Positions 20,389-31,297 of a DNA stretch of 64,000 bases are shown in pieces. The position numbers and the translations under genes are program-made. Under the pieces are notes generated by a model. It saw nothing but the letters and a program-made list of their open reading frames with translations. It was not told the DNA's origin and did not search any database. How positions within the stretch are numbered: the first letter of the stretch is position 1; each line of letters opens with the position of its first letter. Source of the DNA: an uncultured Alphaproteobacteria bacterium. Its GTDB lineage: Bacteria; Pseudomonadota; Alphaproteobacteria; Rhizobiales; Methyloligellaceae. The DNA lies in NCBI GenBank assembly GCA_963832515.1, contig CAWHUE010000014.1:18517-82516 (forward strand). The letters run 5' to 3'.

Positions 20389-20464
20389 TGGTGGAGCCAG
20401 GCGGGATCGAACCGCCGACCTCGTGAATGCCATTCACGCGCTCTCCCAACTGAGCTATGGCCCC
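20389..20464 (-). tRNA. tRNA-Ala (GGC)
   Basis: GGGGCCATAGCTCAGTTGGGAGAGCGCGTGAATGGCATTCACGAGGTCGGCGGTTCGATCCCGCCTGGCTCCACCA; G3:U70 pair. Confidence 0.97.
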
Positions 20465-20466
20465 TT

Positions 20467-20508
20467 CCAGAAGTCAGAAACCGGAAATCAGAAGCCGGAA
20501 GCCAGCAA
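20467..20508. repeat. Heptamer tandem repeat YCRGAAR x5-6 in the tRNA leader
   Basis: CCAGAAG TCAGAAA CCGGAAA TCAGAAG CCGGAAG CCAGCAA; inverted copies CTTCCGG x3 at 20607-20627. Confidence 0.7.
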
Positions 20509-20573
20509 GGCCGGCGGATGGGTCGCGGCCATGATTTCCGGGATTGACTTAGGCTGCGAGGTCGGACGGTTCA

Positions 20574-20607
20574 AGGAAAATGCACCGGCTAGAGCCGTAG
20601 CCGGTGC
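20574..20607 (-). terminator. Probable intrinsic terminator after the TIGR02300 gene
   Basis: GCACCGGCTA-loop-TAGCCGGTGC hairpin followed by ATTTT on the minus strand. Confidence 0.55.
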
Positions 20608-20630
20608 TTCCGGCTTCCGGCTTCCGACCG

Positions 20631-21035
20631 TTAGGTCTCCTCGCCCGGCGTTCCGACGATGCCCGATACGTCGGCCTCGCCTTCCTCTTCCTCGAGGAAG
20701 GCGTTCTCGTCGTCGCCGCCGGCCGGAACCTCAACCGCGTCGTCACCGATATCGACGATCTCCTCGTCTTCCTCGATGGGCACTTCGGCTCCGGCCTCCT
20801 CGACCTCTTCCAGGCTGATGACTTCGGCGCCGCCGAGCACCGGGGCTTCCACCTCCGGCTCAACGACCTTCCTTGCTTGTACGGGCGCGGCACGCTCGCG
20901 CCGCGAAGGAGCGGGCGGCGTCACCTGATAGACCGTTTGGCAGACCGGACAGACGATCGGCGTCCGGCTTAAGTCGTAAAACCGCGCCCCACAGCTCGGG
21001 CAAACGCGCTTGCTTCCCCGTGCGGGTTTCGACAT
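20631..21035 (-). CDS. TIGR02300 (FYDLN_acid) family protein
   Basis: GSKRVCPSCGARFYDLSRTPIVCPVC zinc ribbon plus acidic tail; divergent from aroA and upstream of tRNA-Ala as usual. Confidence 0.92.
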   Translation of the reverse strand: MSKPARGSKRVCPSCGARFYDLSRTPIVCPVCQTVYQVTPPAPSRRERAAPVQARKVVEPEVEAPVLGGAEVISLEEVEEAGAEVPIEEDEEIVDIGDDAVEVPAGGDDENAFLEEEEGEADVSGIVGTPGEET

Positions 21036-21135
21036 TGACTTCCTCGTGTTTGTCGTGAGTTCCGTGTCCCCATTGCCACGCTCGCTTCGTGCTGTCAAAA
21101 GCTATTGAGCCTCGCAAAACCGCCCCTGAGCGCCT

Positions 21136-22456
21136 ATGCCGCAGCCTTTGACCGCAAGCCCTTCCGCGCGCCTCTCCGGGCGCGTGACGGTGCCCGGCGA
21201 CAAGTCGATCTCGCACCGCGCGGTGATCCTAGGCGCGCTCGCGACCGGGCGCACGCGCATCGAGGGGCTGCTGGACGCCGAGGACGTGCTGGCCACGGCT
21301 CGGGCCGTGGCGGCGCTTGGCGCTTCGGTGGTGCGCTCTAACGGCGCTCTCGAAGTGGCCGGGCAGGGCGTTGGCGGATTGCGCGCGCCTGGCGCGCCTC
21401 TCGACTTCGGCAATTCAGGCACCGGCAGCCGGCTGATGCTCGGCGTGATCGCGGGTCATGACATGGGTGTCGAGCTTACGGGCGACGCCTCGCTGCGGCG
21501 CCGTCCCATGGGCCGCGTGCTCCAGCCATTGACGGCGATGGGCCTCGATGTGGAGGGCGACGAGGATCACGCCACGCTGCCTCTGCAGGTGCACGGCACC
21601 GAGGACCTGCTTCCCATCATCTACGACCTGCCCGTGCCGTCGGCGCAGGTAAAGTCCGCAGTGCTTCTTGCCGGGCTGCACGCGCCGGGCCGCACCACCG
21701 TCATCGAGAAGCTCCCGACGCGGGATCATACAGAGCGGCTGCTGAGGTTCTTCGGGGCTGAGGTTGCGGTCGAGGATCGCGGCGAGGGCGCGAGCGCGAT
21801 CACGATCGTCGGCGATGCCGAGCTGCATGGCGTGCCCGTGACTGTGCCGGGCGATCCAAGCTCGGCTGCGTTTCTGATCGGCGCCGCGCTGATCTGCCCG
21901 GGCTCGGACATCGTCGTGGAGAACGTGCTGCTCAACCCCACGCGCGCGGGGCTCATCGAGACGTTGCAAGAGATGGGCGCCGAGCTCGAGGTGCTCGATC
22001 TGCGCGAGGCGGGCGGCGAGCCGGTAGGCGATTTGCGCGTCCGCTCGAGCGCGTTGCGCGGCGTCCACGTTCCGGCCGAGCGCGCGCCTTCAATGATCGA
22101 CGAATATCCGGTGCTCTGCCTGCATCGCAGCGTTCGCCGAAGGCGAGACGCGCATGGAAGGCTTGTCCGAGCTCAAGATGAAGGAGAGCGACCGGCTCGC
22201 CGCCACGGCCGCCGGGCTTTCCGCCTGCGGGGTCGAGACGCGCATCGAAGGCGACGATCTCGTGGTGCAGGGCAGGGGGAATGTCGAAGGTGGCGCGTTG
22301 GTCGAGACGCATATGGACCACCGCATCGCCATGGCTTTCCTGACGCTAGGGCTCGGCGCAGCCAAGCCCGTTACCGTCGATGACACGAGCATGATCGCCA
22401 CGAGCTTCCCGAGCTTCGTACCGCTCTTGACCAAGCTCGGCGCAAATTTCGGCTAG
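21136..22456 (+). CDS. aroA: EPSP synthase, class II (frameshift near 22118)
   Basis: [34 protein letters not shown], then KESDRL and DHRIAM in the second frame. Confidence 0.95.
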
Positions 22457-22476
22457 AAGGACTAGGCGGCGCGACA

Positions 22477-23010
22477 ATGGATATTTCCCGCATCACGACC
22501 GGCGACAATCCTCCGCACGAAATCAACGTGATCATCGAGATCCCGCAAGGCGGCGTGCCGGTGAAATACGAGATCGACAAGAAATCGGGCGCCATGTTCG
22601 TCGACCGCTTCCTGCACACCGCCATGTACTACCCGGCGAATTACGGCTTCGTGCCGCATACGCTGTCGGAGGACGGCGATCCGGTGGACTGCATGGTCGT
22701 GGCGCCGACGCCCGTGTCGTCAGGCGTCGTGATCCGCGCGCGGCCGATCGGCGCGCTGCTCATGGAGGACGAGGCGGGGACTGACGAGAAGATCATCGCC
22801 GTTCCCGTCGACAAGCTGCATGCTTTCTACAAGCGCGTCGGCAGCTATCGCGACTTGCCCGAGATCCTCATCGAGCAGATCGCCCATTTCTTCGAGCACT
22901 ATAAGGACCTCGAAAAGGGCAAATGGGCGAAGTTGACGCGCTGGGCCGACTCTGCCGAAGCCGCGGATCTGATCCGCGCCGGCATCGAGCGAGCGAAGCA
23001 GGCGGGCTGA
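22477..23010 (+). CDS. ppa: Inorganic pyrophosphatase, family I
   Basis: KYEIDK, YPANYGF, DGDPVD, HFFEHYKDLE. Confidence 0.96.
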   Translation: MDISRITTGDNPPHEINVIIEIPQGGVPVKYEIDKKSGAMFVDRFLHTAMYYPANYGFVPHTLSEDGDPVDCMVVAPTPVSSGVVIRARPIGALLMEDEAGTDEKIIAVPVDKLHAFYKRVGSYRDLPEILIEQIAHFFEHYKDLEKGKWAKLTRWADSAEAADLIRAGIERAKQAG

Positions 23011-23040
23011 GACGCGATCGAGCGGCGGGGGTAGCCTCTT

Positions 23041-23682
23041 ATGATCATCGCCATCGACGGTCCGGCCGCCTCAGGCAAGGGCACGCTCGCCAAGCGGGTC
23101 GCCGCACATTACGGACTGCATCATCTCGACACCGGCAAGCTGTACCGCGCGGTTGCGCGCGACACGCTGGCCGCCGGCGGCGATCCCTCCGATCCCAGGC
23201 GCGCGCTCGCCGCGGCGCGCGCGCTCGATGCCAAGAGCCTCGACGATCCGGACTTGCGAACGCCCGAGCTCGGCGAAGCGGCGTCGCTCGTCGCGCGGCA
23301 TCCGGAGGTCCGCAAGACCCTGCTCGCCTATCAGCGCGCCTTCGCCCGCAAGAAGCCCGGCGCCGTGATCGACGGCCGCGACATCGGCACAATCGTCTGC
23401 CCTGATGCCGACGTGAAGCTCTTCGTCACGGCGACGCCGGAAGAGCGCGCTCGGCGCCGCTATCGCGAATTCAAGGAAGACGGGATCGACGTCAGAGAAG
23501 GCGAAGTGCTGGCCGATATCCTCGCGCGCGACGCGCGTGACAAGAACCGGCCCGTCGCTCCGCTCCGCCAGGCCGAAGACGCGGTCTTGCTCGATACTAC
23601 GAATTTGGCTATAGACGCCGCATTCAGGGCAGCCATCGGCTTGATCGATGCTGCAATGGGCCGTGCTGGGCAGGCCGGTTGA
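23041..23682 (+). CDS. cmk: Cytidylate kinase
   Basis: IAIDGPAASGKGT, LDTGKLYR, DGRDIGT. Confidence 0.96.
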   Translation: MIIAIDGPAASGKGTLAKRVAAHYGLHHLDTGKLYRAVARDTLAAGGDPSDPRRALAAARALDAKSLDDPDLRTPELGEAASLVARHPEVRKTLLAYQRAFARKKPGAVIDGRDIGTIVCPDADVKLFVTATPEERARRRYREFKEDGIDVREGEVLADILARDARDKNRPVAPLRQAEDAVLLDTTNLAIDAAFRAAIGLIDAAMGRAGQAG

Positions 23683-23855
23683 GGCTTCTGCCCGTTTTGC
23701 ATTGGCCCGCCATTTCGACGTTTTCCGCGGATTGAGGAGCGGAGGGGCGGCGCCGAAGGGCATGCCGCCACCGATTTTCGCCCTCATCACAGGGGTTTGG
23801 CCGGTATGCCGGCACGAAGGAGAGATTGAGTATGAAGGGACGCCGAGTAGCCTAG

Positions 23856-25655
23856 ATGACCGAGCCGCAAACAAGCTTAAGCCATCCGAGCCGGGACGAA
23901 TTCGCAGCCCTCCTCGAAGAATCGCTCACCGGGACCGCGCTCCAGGAAGGCAGCGTCGTCAAAGGCACCATCGTCGGCATCGAGAAGGACGTTGCGGTGA
24001 TCGACGTCGGCCTCAAGACCGAAGGCCGCATCCCCCTGAAAGAATTCGGCCTGTCGGGCCGCGCGCCAGATCTCTCTGTCGGCGATGAGGTCGACGTTTA
24101 TCTCGAGCGCGTCGAGAATTCGGCCGGTGAGGCGGTGCTGTCGCGCGAGAAAGCCCGCCGCGAGGAGAGCTGGACCAGGCTCGAAGAGAAATACAAGGCC
24201 GGCGAGCGCGTCGAAGGCGTGATCTTCAACCGCGTCAAAGGCGGCTTCACCGTCGATCTCGACGGCGCCGTGGCCTTCCTGCCGGGCAGCCAGGTGGACA
24301 TCCGCCCGATCCGCGACGTGGGCCCGCTGATGAACCAGACGCAGCCCTTCCAGATCCTGAAGATGGACCGCCGCCGCGGCAATATCGTCGTGTCGCGCCG
24401 CTCGGTGCTGGAAGAGACCCGCGCCGAGAAGCGAAGCGAGATCGTCGGCCGGCTCGAAGAGGGCCAGATCATCGACGGCGTGGTCAAGAACATCACCGAC
24501 TACGGCGCCTTCATCGATCTCGGCGGCATCGACGGCCTTTTGCATGTCACCGACATGGCATGGAGGCGCGTCAACCATCCCTCCGAGATCGTGAATGTCG
24601 GCGACACGGTGAAGGTGCAGATCATCCGCATCAACCCGGAGACCCAGCGCATCAGTCTCGGCATCAAGCAGCTCGAGGCCGATCCCTGGCAGGGCATTGC
24701 TGCCAAATACCCGGTCGGCACGCGCTTCAAGGGGACTGTCACCAACATCACCGACTATGGCGCCTTCGTCGAGCTCGAGCCCGGCGTGGAAGGCCTGATC
24801 CATATCTCGGAGATGAGCTGGACGAAGAAGAACATCCATCCCGGCAAGATCATCTCGACGAGCCAGGAGGTCGAGGTGCAGGTGCTCGAGGTCGATCCCG
24901 AGAAGCGCCGCATCTCGCTTGGGCTGAAGCAGACCCAGGAGAACCCGTGGATCGCATTTGCGGCCAACCACCCGCCCGGCACGATTATCGAGGGTCAGAT
25001 CCGCAACATCACCGAGTTCGGCCTGTTCATTGGGCTCGACGGCGGCATCGACGGCATGGTGCATCTGTCTGACTTGGACTGGACCAAGTCTGGGGAGGAA
25101 GCGCTCAAGGACTACAAGAAGGGCGACAACGCCAAGGCCGTTGTGCTCGAAGCCGATTCCGAGAAGGAGCGCATCAGTCTCGGCATCAAGCAGCTCACGC
25201 AAGACCCGTTTGCCGCGGGCGCGCCGAGCGGCAAACTGAAGAAAGGCATGCGCGTGACCTGCGAGGTGACTGCTGTCAAGGACAACGGCCTCGAGGCCAA
25301 GCTGATCGACCACGACCTCACGACCTTTATCCGCCGCTCCGACCTGTCGCGCGACCGCTCCGAGCAGCGGCCCGACCGATTCGGCGTTGGCGAGAAGTTC
25401 GACGCGGTGATCACCCAGGTCGATCCCAAGACCCGCAAAGTCTCGGTCTCGATCAAGGCGCTCGAAATCGCCGAGGAGAAGGAGGCCGTGGCGCAATACG
25501 GCTCGACCGATTCCGGCGCTTCGCTCGGCGATATTCTCGGCGCCGCGCTTAACAAGGCGAAGGGCGAGGAGGGCGAGGAGCCAGCCGCGGCCAAGCCGAA
25601 GCGCAAGCGCGCGTCGAAGAGCGAGGCCGAGGAGAGCGCGGCCTCCGAGGAGTAG
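23856..25655 (+). CDS. rpsA: 30S ribosomal protein S1
   Basis: Six S1 repeats (FLPGSQVD, DYGAFIDLGGIDGLLH, GLIHISEMSW). Confidence 0.98.
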   Translation: MTEPQTSLSHPSRDEFAALLEESLTGTALQEGSVVKGTIVGIEKDVAVIDVGLKTEGRIPLKEFGLSGRAPDLSVGDEVDVYLERVENSAGEAVLSREKARREESWTRLEEKYKAGERVEGVIFNRVKGGFTVDLDGAVAFLPGSQVDIRPIRDVGPLMNQTQPFQILKMDRRRGNIVVSRRSVLEETRAEKRSEIVGRLEEGQIIDGVVKNITDYGAFIDLGGIDGLLHVTDMAWRRVNHPSEIVNVGDTVKVQIIRINPETQRISLGIKQLEADPWQGIAAKYPVGTRFKGTVTNITDYGAFVELEPGVEGLIHISEMSWTKKNIHPGKIISTSQEVEVQVLEVDPEKRRISLGLKQTQENPWIAFAANHPPGTIIEGQIRNITEFGLFIGLDGGIDGMVHLSDLDWTKSGEEALKDYKKGDNAKAVVLEADSEKERISLGIKQLTQDPFAAGAPSGKLKKGMRVTCEVTAVKDNGLEAKLIDHDLTTFIRRSDLSRDRSEQRPDRFGVGEKFDAVITQVDPKTRKVSVSIKALEIAEEKEAVAQYGSTDSGASLGDILGAALNKAKGEEGEEPAAAKPKRKRASKSEAEESAASEE

Positions 25656-25677
25656 CGTCCCTCTCGAGGGAGCACCC

Positions 25678-26641
25678 ATGGCAATCGATCCCGAAACCGT
25701 GCTCGACCGCCGCCGCCTCAAGCGGCGGGTGACCTTCTGGCGCATCGCGGCGATCGCGCTTGGGCTTGCGTTCGTCGCGGCACTGCTATTGAGCCGACAA
25801 GCAGATGGGAAGCTCGGCGGGCTTCCTGCCGCATATTGCGCGCGTGAACGTCAGCGGCATCATCACCGACGACCGCAAGATGCAGGACCTAATCGAACGC
25901 GTCGGCAAGGCCGACCAGGTCAAGGCTGTCATCATCGACATCGACAGCCCGGGCGGCACCACGACCGGCGGCGAGGCGCTATACGACGCAATCCGTCGGC
26001 TCGCCGAGAAAAAACCCGTCGTCGCGACTTGCGGCACGCTCGCGACTTCGGCCGCCTATATCGCCGCGCTCGCGACCGACCGCATCTTCGTCTACGGCAA
26101 CACCATCACCGGCTCGGTCGGCGTGATCTTCCAATGGGCCGACGTGAGCGAGCTCTTGAAGACGCTCGGCATCAAGATGGAAGACGTCAAGAGCGGGACC
26201 TTAAGGCGGTGCCGAGCCCATTCGAGCCCGCCGACGAGCGGGCGCGGGAAGCTCACTCGCGAAATGGTCGAGGACGCCAAGCGCTGGTTCTTCAGCCTTG
26301 TCCGCGAGCGCCGCAAAGTCACGCCCGAGGCCGTTCCGGGGCTTACGGACGGGCGCATCTATTCCGGGCGGCAGGCCGTCGACCTCAAGCTCGTCGACCA
26401 GATCGGCGACGAAAAGGCTGCGGTGAGCTGGCTCGAGAAGGAGCGTAAACTCGCCCCTGGCCTGAAGATCGTGGATTGGAAGCCCGAGACCGAAAGCAGC
26501 GGCCTTTTCGGCTGGCTGTTCCAGTCGCTCGCCGCCGCAATCGGCGTTTCGGGCGAGGCCGTTGCCAGTCTCGTCCACCAAGTTTCGGCCACCCTCAAGC
26601 TTGACGGTCTTGTTTCCGTTTGGCACCCTGCTCAGAACTAG
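25678..26641 (+). CDS. sppA: Signal peptide peptidase SppA, 36K type (indels near 25810 and 26200-26250)
   Basis: LDRRRLKRRVTFWR, IDSPGG, ATSAAY, TGSVGV, DGRIYSGRQA. Confidence 0.9.
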
Positions 26642-26692
26642 CGGGGGAGCGTTGGGCCGCGCCGTCACGGTTGCCGGCCTTTGGGGCGTAAC

Positions 26693-26983
26693 ATGATCAA
26701 GTCGGAGTTGATTCAGCGGGTGGCATCCGCCAATCCGCATCTTTTCCATCGCGACGTAGAGCGCATCATCAACATTGTGCTCGACGAGATCACCGGCGCA
26801 CTCGCGCGCGGCGACCGGGTGGAACTGCGCGGGTTCGGTGCCTTCACCGTGAAACATCGCGCGGCGCGCCAGGGGCGCAATCCGCGCACCGGAGACACGG
26901 TCTTCGTGGAGGACAAATACGTGCCTTTCTTCAAGACCGGCAAGGAGCTGCGCGAAAGGCTCAATCCGGACGAGCACGCTTGA
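26693..26983 (+). CDS. ihfB: Integration host factor beta
   Basis: [38 protein letters not shown]. Confidence 0.96.
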   Translation: MIKSELIQRVASANPHLFHRDVERIINIVLDEITGALARGDRVELRGFGAFTVKHRAARQGRNPRTGDTVFVEDKYVPFFKTGKELRERLNPDEHA

Positions 26984-27021
26984 CGCTGGAGGGCGCGGGC
27001 GTAGCTTAGGAGCGGCTCCGT

Positions 27022-27366
27022 GTGGCGCAAGCTCATACTCGGCCTCTGATCGTGCCGCTCGGCGTGCTACTCGTTGCGCTCGCCGTGGTCAACCGCACGC
27101 CCGCCCAGCTCGTGCTCGATCCGTTCGGCGGCCATGAGCCGTCGATTTCCATCTCGGCCCCGCTGTTTCTGTTCCTGCTCGGTGCGTTTGCCGTCGGCTT
27201 GATCGTCGGCGGGCTCGCGACCTGGCTGAAGCAGGGCAAATGGCGGAAGACCGCGCGGACGCAGCGCCGCGAGGCCGACGAGTGGCACGCCCGCGCCGAC
27301 CGGCTGGAGAAGGAGCTCGGCGACGTGGAACCCGCCACCAACCGCCTGCAATTGCCGGCCGACTAG
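27022..27366 (+). CDS. LapA/DUF1049-like membrane protein (5' end probably affected by indels)
   Basis: LAVVNR, LDPF, two TM segments, QGKWRK; follows ihfB. Confidence 0.75.
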   Translation: MAQAHTRPLIVPLGVLLVALAVVNRTPAQLVLDPFGGHEPSISISAPLFLFLLGAFAVGLIVGGLATWLKQGKWRKTARTQRREADEWHARADRLEKELGDVEPATNRLQLPAD

Positions 27367-27484
27367 AAGCCGGTTTCCGGCATCTGTTGTGCAGTGCGGT
27401 AGACTTTGGCGGCCCGTTTGGCTTAGGGTGGCGCGCGCGAGCCTTAGAGAGCCCGCGGACCCCTCTCCCCCGAGAGCAAGCAAA

Positions 27485-28147
27485 GTGGCGGTCAAGGTCA
27501 AAATCTGCGGCGTGCGGACGCCCGCCATCATCGAGACGGCGGCGGCTGAAGGCGCCGACTATGTCGGGCTTGTCCTTTTCGAGCGGAGCCCGCGCCATGT
27601 CGAGGTTGAAGAAGCCCGCGTGCTCGCGGCGGTTGCCCGCGGCAAGATCGGCACGGTCGCCGTGCTGGTCGATCCGGACGATGCGCTGGTCGATGCGATC
27701 GCCCAGCGGGTGCGCCCAGACCTGATCCAGCTGCACGGGAGCGAGACGCCCGAGCGCGTCGCCACCATCAAGGCGCGGACCGGCCTGCCGATCATGAAGG
27801 CGATCCCCGTTGCCGAAGCGGCTGATGTGGAACAGGCGAAAGCCTATGCGAGTGTCGCCGATATCATTCTGTTCGATGCGAAGGCCGCTCCGGATGCGAC
27901 GCGGCCCGGAGGCTTCGGCGAGCGGTTCGACTGGACGCTGATCCGAGCCGCCAAAGCCCCGTTCGCGCTTTCGGGCGGCTTGACGCCGGAGACTGTCGGC
28001 GAGGCCGTAAGCCTCACCGCGGCCTCGCTCGTCGACGTGTCGTCAGGTGTCGAAGGCGAAGCGGGCGCGAAGGATGCCCGGCTGGTCCGCAGCTTCATTC
28101 AAACTGCCAAGGCTGCCGCTTCCGCGCCGAGGGCCAAGGCCTCATGA
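27485..28147 (+). CDS. trpF: Phosphoribosylanthranilate isomerase
   Basis: [30 protein letters not shown]. Confidence 0.95.
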   Translation: MAVKVKICGVRTPAIIETAAAEGADYVGLVLFERSPRHVEVEEARVLAAVARGKIGTVAVLVDPDDALVDAIAQRVRPDLIQLHGSETPERVATIKARTGLPIMKAIPVAEAADVEQAKAYASVADIILFDAKAAPDATRPGGFGERFDWTLIRAAKAPFALSGGLTPETVGEAVSLTAASLVDVSSGVEGEAGAKDARLVRSFIQTAKAAASAPRAKAS

Positions 28148-29379
28148 GCGCGCGCACCGAACAACTGAACACTTATCGCGGTGGGCCTGACGAGCGCGGG
28201 CATTTCGGCCTTTATGGCGGGCGCTTCGTCGCCGAGACCTTGATGCCGCTGATCCTCGACCTCGAGCGCGCTTACAACGACGCCAAGGCCGATCCCGCCT
28301 TCAAGGCCGAGATGGACCATCATCTCGCCACCTATGTCGGGCGGCCTTCGCCGCTTTATTTCGCCGATCGCCTGACCTCCCATCTCGGCGGCGCGAAGAT
28401 TTACTTCAAGCGCGAGGAGCTCAACCACACCGGCGCGCACAAGGTGAACAACGTGCTTGGCCAGATCATGCTGGCCTTGCGCATGGGCAAGACGCGCATC
28501 ATCGCCGAGACCGGCGCCGGCATGCATGGCGTGGCGACGGCGACCTTGTGCGCGAAGTTCGGCCTGCCCTGCATCGTATACATGGGCTCGGTCGATGTTG
28601 CGCGGCAGAAGCCGAACGTCTTGCGAATGAAGATGCTCGGCGCCGAAGTCCGCGCGGTCGAGTTCGGCTCGAAGACGCTCAAGGACGCGATGAACGAGGC
28701 GTTGCGCGATTGGGTCGCCAATGTGCGCAACACCTTCTACTGCATCGGCACGGTGGCGGGGCCGCATCCCTATCCTGCGATGGTGCGCGATTTCCAGTCG
28801 ATCATCGGACGGGAGACACGCGAGCAGATGCTCGGGGCTGAGGGCCGGCTGCCGGATTCGCTGATCGCCTGCATTGGCGGTGGATCGAACGCGATGGGCT
28901 TGTTCCATCCCTTCCTCGACGAGCGCAGCGTCGAAATCTACGGCGTGGAAGCGGCAGGTCACGGTCTTGGCAGCGGTCAGCACGCGGCCTCGATCGCCGG
29001 CGGCAAGCCCGGCGTGCTGCACGGCAACCGCACCTATCTGTTGATGGATGGAGACGGCCAGATCGAGGAGGCGCACTCGATCTCCGCCGGCCTCGACTAT
29101 CCCGGCATCGGCCCGGAGCATGCCTGGCTCAACGATGTGGGCCGCGTGACGTTTCTCTCGGCGACCGACGACGAGGCGGTGGCGGCGTTCCAGCTTTGCA
29201 GCAGGCTCGAAGGCATCATCCCGGCGCTCGAGCCCGCGCATGCGCTCGCCCGCGTTCTCGACCTCGCGCCACAGAAGCCGAAGTCGCACCTTATGGTGGT
29301 CAATCTCTCCGGCCGCGGCGACAAGGACCTCGATTCCGTCGCGGCCTATCTCGACGCCAAGACGCGATCGGCTTCATGA
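28144..29379 (+). CDS. trpB: Tryptophan synthase beta
   Basis: [39 protein letters not shown]. Confidence 0.98.
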   Translation: MSARTEQLNTYRGGPDERGHFGLYGGRFVAETLMPLILDLERAYNDAKADPAFKAEMDHHLATYVGRPSPLYFADRLTSHLGGAKIYFKREELNHTGAHKVNNVLGQIMLALRMGKTRIIAETGAGMHGVATATLCAKFGLPCIVYMGSVDVARQKPNVLRMKMLGAEVRAVEFGSKTLKDAMNEALRDWVANVRNTFYCIGTVAGPHPYPAMVRDFQSIIGRETREQMLGAEGRLPDSLIACIGGGSNAMGLFHPFLDERSVEIYGVEAAGHGLGSGQHAASIAGGKPGVLHGNRTYLLMDGDGQIEEAHSISAGLDYPGIGPEHAWLNDVGRVTFLSATDDEAVAAFQLCSRLEGIIPALEPAHALARVLDLAPQKPKSHLMVVNLSGRGDKDLDSVAAYLDAKTRSAS

Positions 29380-30216
29380 CCCAATCGCGGATCGATAAAA
29401 GATTTGCAGCGCTGAAGCGTGACGCGCGCGTGGGGCTGGTCACGTTCATCACCGCGCGGCGATCCTGACTACGAGACTTCGCTTGCCGTTCTCAAAGGCT
29501 TGCCAGAAGCCGGCGCCGACATCATCGAACTCGGCATGCCGTTCTCCGATCCGATGGCCGACGGGCCGGCGATCCAGGCCTCCTCGCAGCGCGCGCTAAA
29601 GGCCGGACAAACCATGGAAAAGACGCTTGCCATGGTCAGGGCCTTCCGCGCCGAGGACCAGGCCACCCCAATAGTGCTAATGGGCTACTACAACCCCATA
29701 TATGTGTATTCAGCCGCCCGCTTCGTCGCGGATGCGGCAGACGCCGGAGTTGACGGTCTGATCGTGGTGGATATGCCGCCAGAAGAGGATGCGGAGCTAA
29801 GCCCGGCCGCAAAGGCCGCCGGGCTCGACTTCATCCGGCTCGCCACGCCCACGACCGACGCGCGGCGGTTGCCAGCCGTGCTCGCCAATAGTTCTGGGTT
29901 CGTCTATTACGTCTCGATCGCGGGCATCACCGGTACGGCGGCGCCCGACTTGAGCGAAGTGAAGGCCCAGGTCGGCCACATCAAAGCCAAGACGAGCCTT
30001 CCCGTCGCGGTCGGCTTCGGAGTCAAGTCGGAAGCCCAAGTGAGCGCGATCGGAAGTCTGGCCGACGGTGTGGTGGTCGGCTCGGCGCTGGTCGCGAGCA
30101 TCGCGGACAGCCTCGATCAGAACGACAAGGCGACGTCCGCAACCAAGCAGCAGGTGCTGGCGCTCGTGCGCCGTCTCTCCGCGGCACTCAGGCAACCGGC
30201 AGAGGCGACAGTCTAG
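29376..30216 (+). CDS. trpA: Tryptophan synthase alpha (frameshift near 29456)
   Basis: ATGA overlap with trpB; [25 protein letters not shown]. Confidence 0.95.
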
Positions 30217-30256
30217 GGAATGCACATAATCGCACTGTGGAAAGTTCGGTAGACAA

Positions 30257-31285
30257 GTGAACTGGATCAACAGCGTCGTCAGGCCCAAAATCCGCAGCAT
30301 CCTTCGCCGGAAGGAGATGCCGGAGAATCTCTGGGTGAAATGCCCCGAGACCGGGCAGATGATTTATTACAAGGACCTAGAGGCCAACCAGTTCGTGGTC
30401 CCGGGCTCCAACTACCACATGCGCATGACGGCCGCGGCGCGCCTCAAGACGGTGTTCGACGACGGCGAATACGAGTCATTGCCGCTGCCTGAAGTCCCCA
30501 TCGATCCGCTCAAATTCCGCGACGAGCGCCGCTACACCGACCGCCTCAAGGATGCCCGCAGCAAGACCGGGCTTGCCGATGCTGTGCTGGCCGGCGCGGG
30601 GCGGCTCGAAGGCGAGAGAATCGTCGCCGCAATCCAGGATTTCGACTTCCTCGGCGGCTCGCTCGGCACCGCCGCGGGTGAGGCTGTGATCGCCGCGATG
30701 CGCGCTGCGGTGAAGCGGGGGACGCCATTCATTCTGTTTGCGGCATCGGGCGGCGCGCGCATGCAGGAAGGCATTCTGTCCTTGATGCAGATGCCGCGCA
30801 CGACCGTCGCGGTGCAGGAGCTGCGCGAGGCGAAGTTGCCTTATATCGTCGTGCTCACCCATCCCACGACCGGGGGCGTAACAGCCTCCTACGCCATGCT
30901 CGGCGACATCCATATCGCCGAGCCCGGCGCGCTGATCGGCTTTGCCGGCCCGCGCGTGATCGAGCAGACCATCCGCGAGCAACTGCCCAACGGCTTCCAG
31001 CGCGCTGAATATCTCTACGCGCACGGCATGGTCGACATGGTCGTGCACCGGCATGAATTGCGCGGTACGTTGGCCCGCATCTGCCAACTGCTGACCCATC
31101 GCCGTGCCGAGCGCGACATCGCGCGCCACGACGAGCTTGACGGCAAGGTCATGCTTGCCGCGCCCGCCTCCACCATTCCCGTTGCCGGCAACGGCCTCGA
31201 TCACGACGCCCACGATCACGACGAAGAGCCCTTGACGGGCGGCGCCGGCAACGGCGCTAATCCCACTCCGCCGCAAACCGCCTAA
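30257..31285 (+). CDS. accD: Acetyl-CoA carboxylase carboxyltransferase beta
   Basis: [35 protein letters not shown]. Confidence 0.96.
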   Translation: MNWINSVVRPKIRSILRRKEMPENLWVKCPETGQMIYYKDLEANQFVVPGSNYHMRMTAAARLKTVFDDGEYESLPLPEVPIDPLKFRDERRYTDRLKDARSKTGLADAVLAGAGRLEGERIVAAIQDFDFLGGSLGTAAGEAVIAAMRAAVKRGTPFILFAASGGARMQEGILSLMQMPRTTVAVQELREAKLPYIVVLTHPTTGGVTASYAMLGDIHIAEPGALIGFAGPRVIEQTIREQLPNGFQRAEYLYAHGMVDMVVHRHELRGTLARICQLLTHRRAERDIARHDELDGKVMLAAPASTIPVAGNGLDHDAHDHDEEPLTGGAGNGANPTPPQTA

Positions 31286-31297
31286 GGGTCGCAACGC

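Noticed and set aside
23690-23855. Novel ncRNA between cmk and rpsA
   Set aside because: Structured rpsA leaders are expected for S1 autoregulation; nothing indicates an independent RNA.
23877-25745. 622 aa antisense ORF over rpsA (likewise 30476-32629, 35732-37141, 51149-53272, 3856-5427)
   Set aside because: Shadow ORFs expected from high-GC codon bias; no motifs or RBS, and they lie opposite clear genes.
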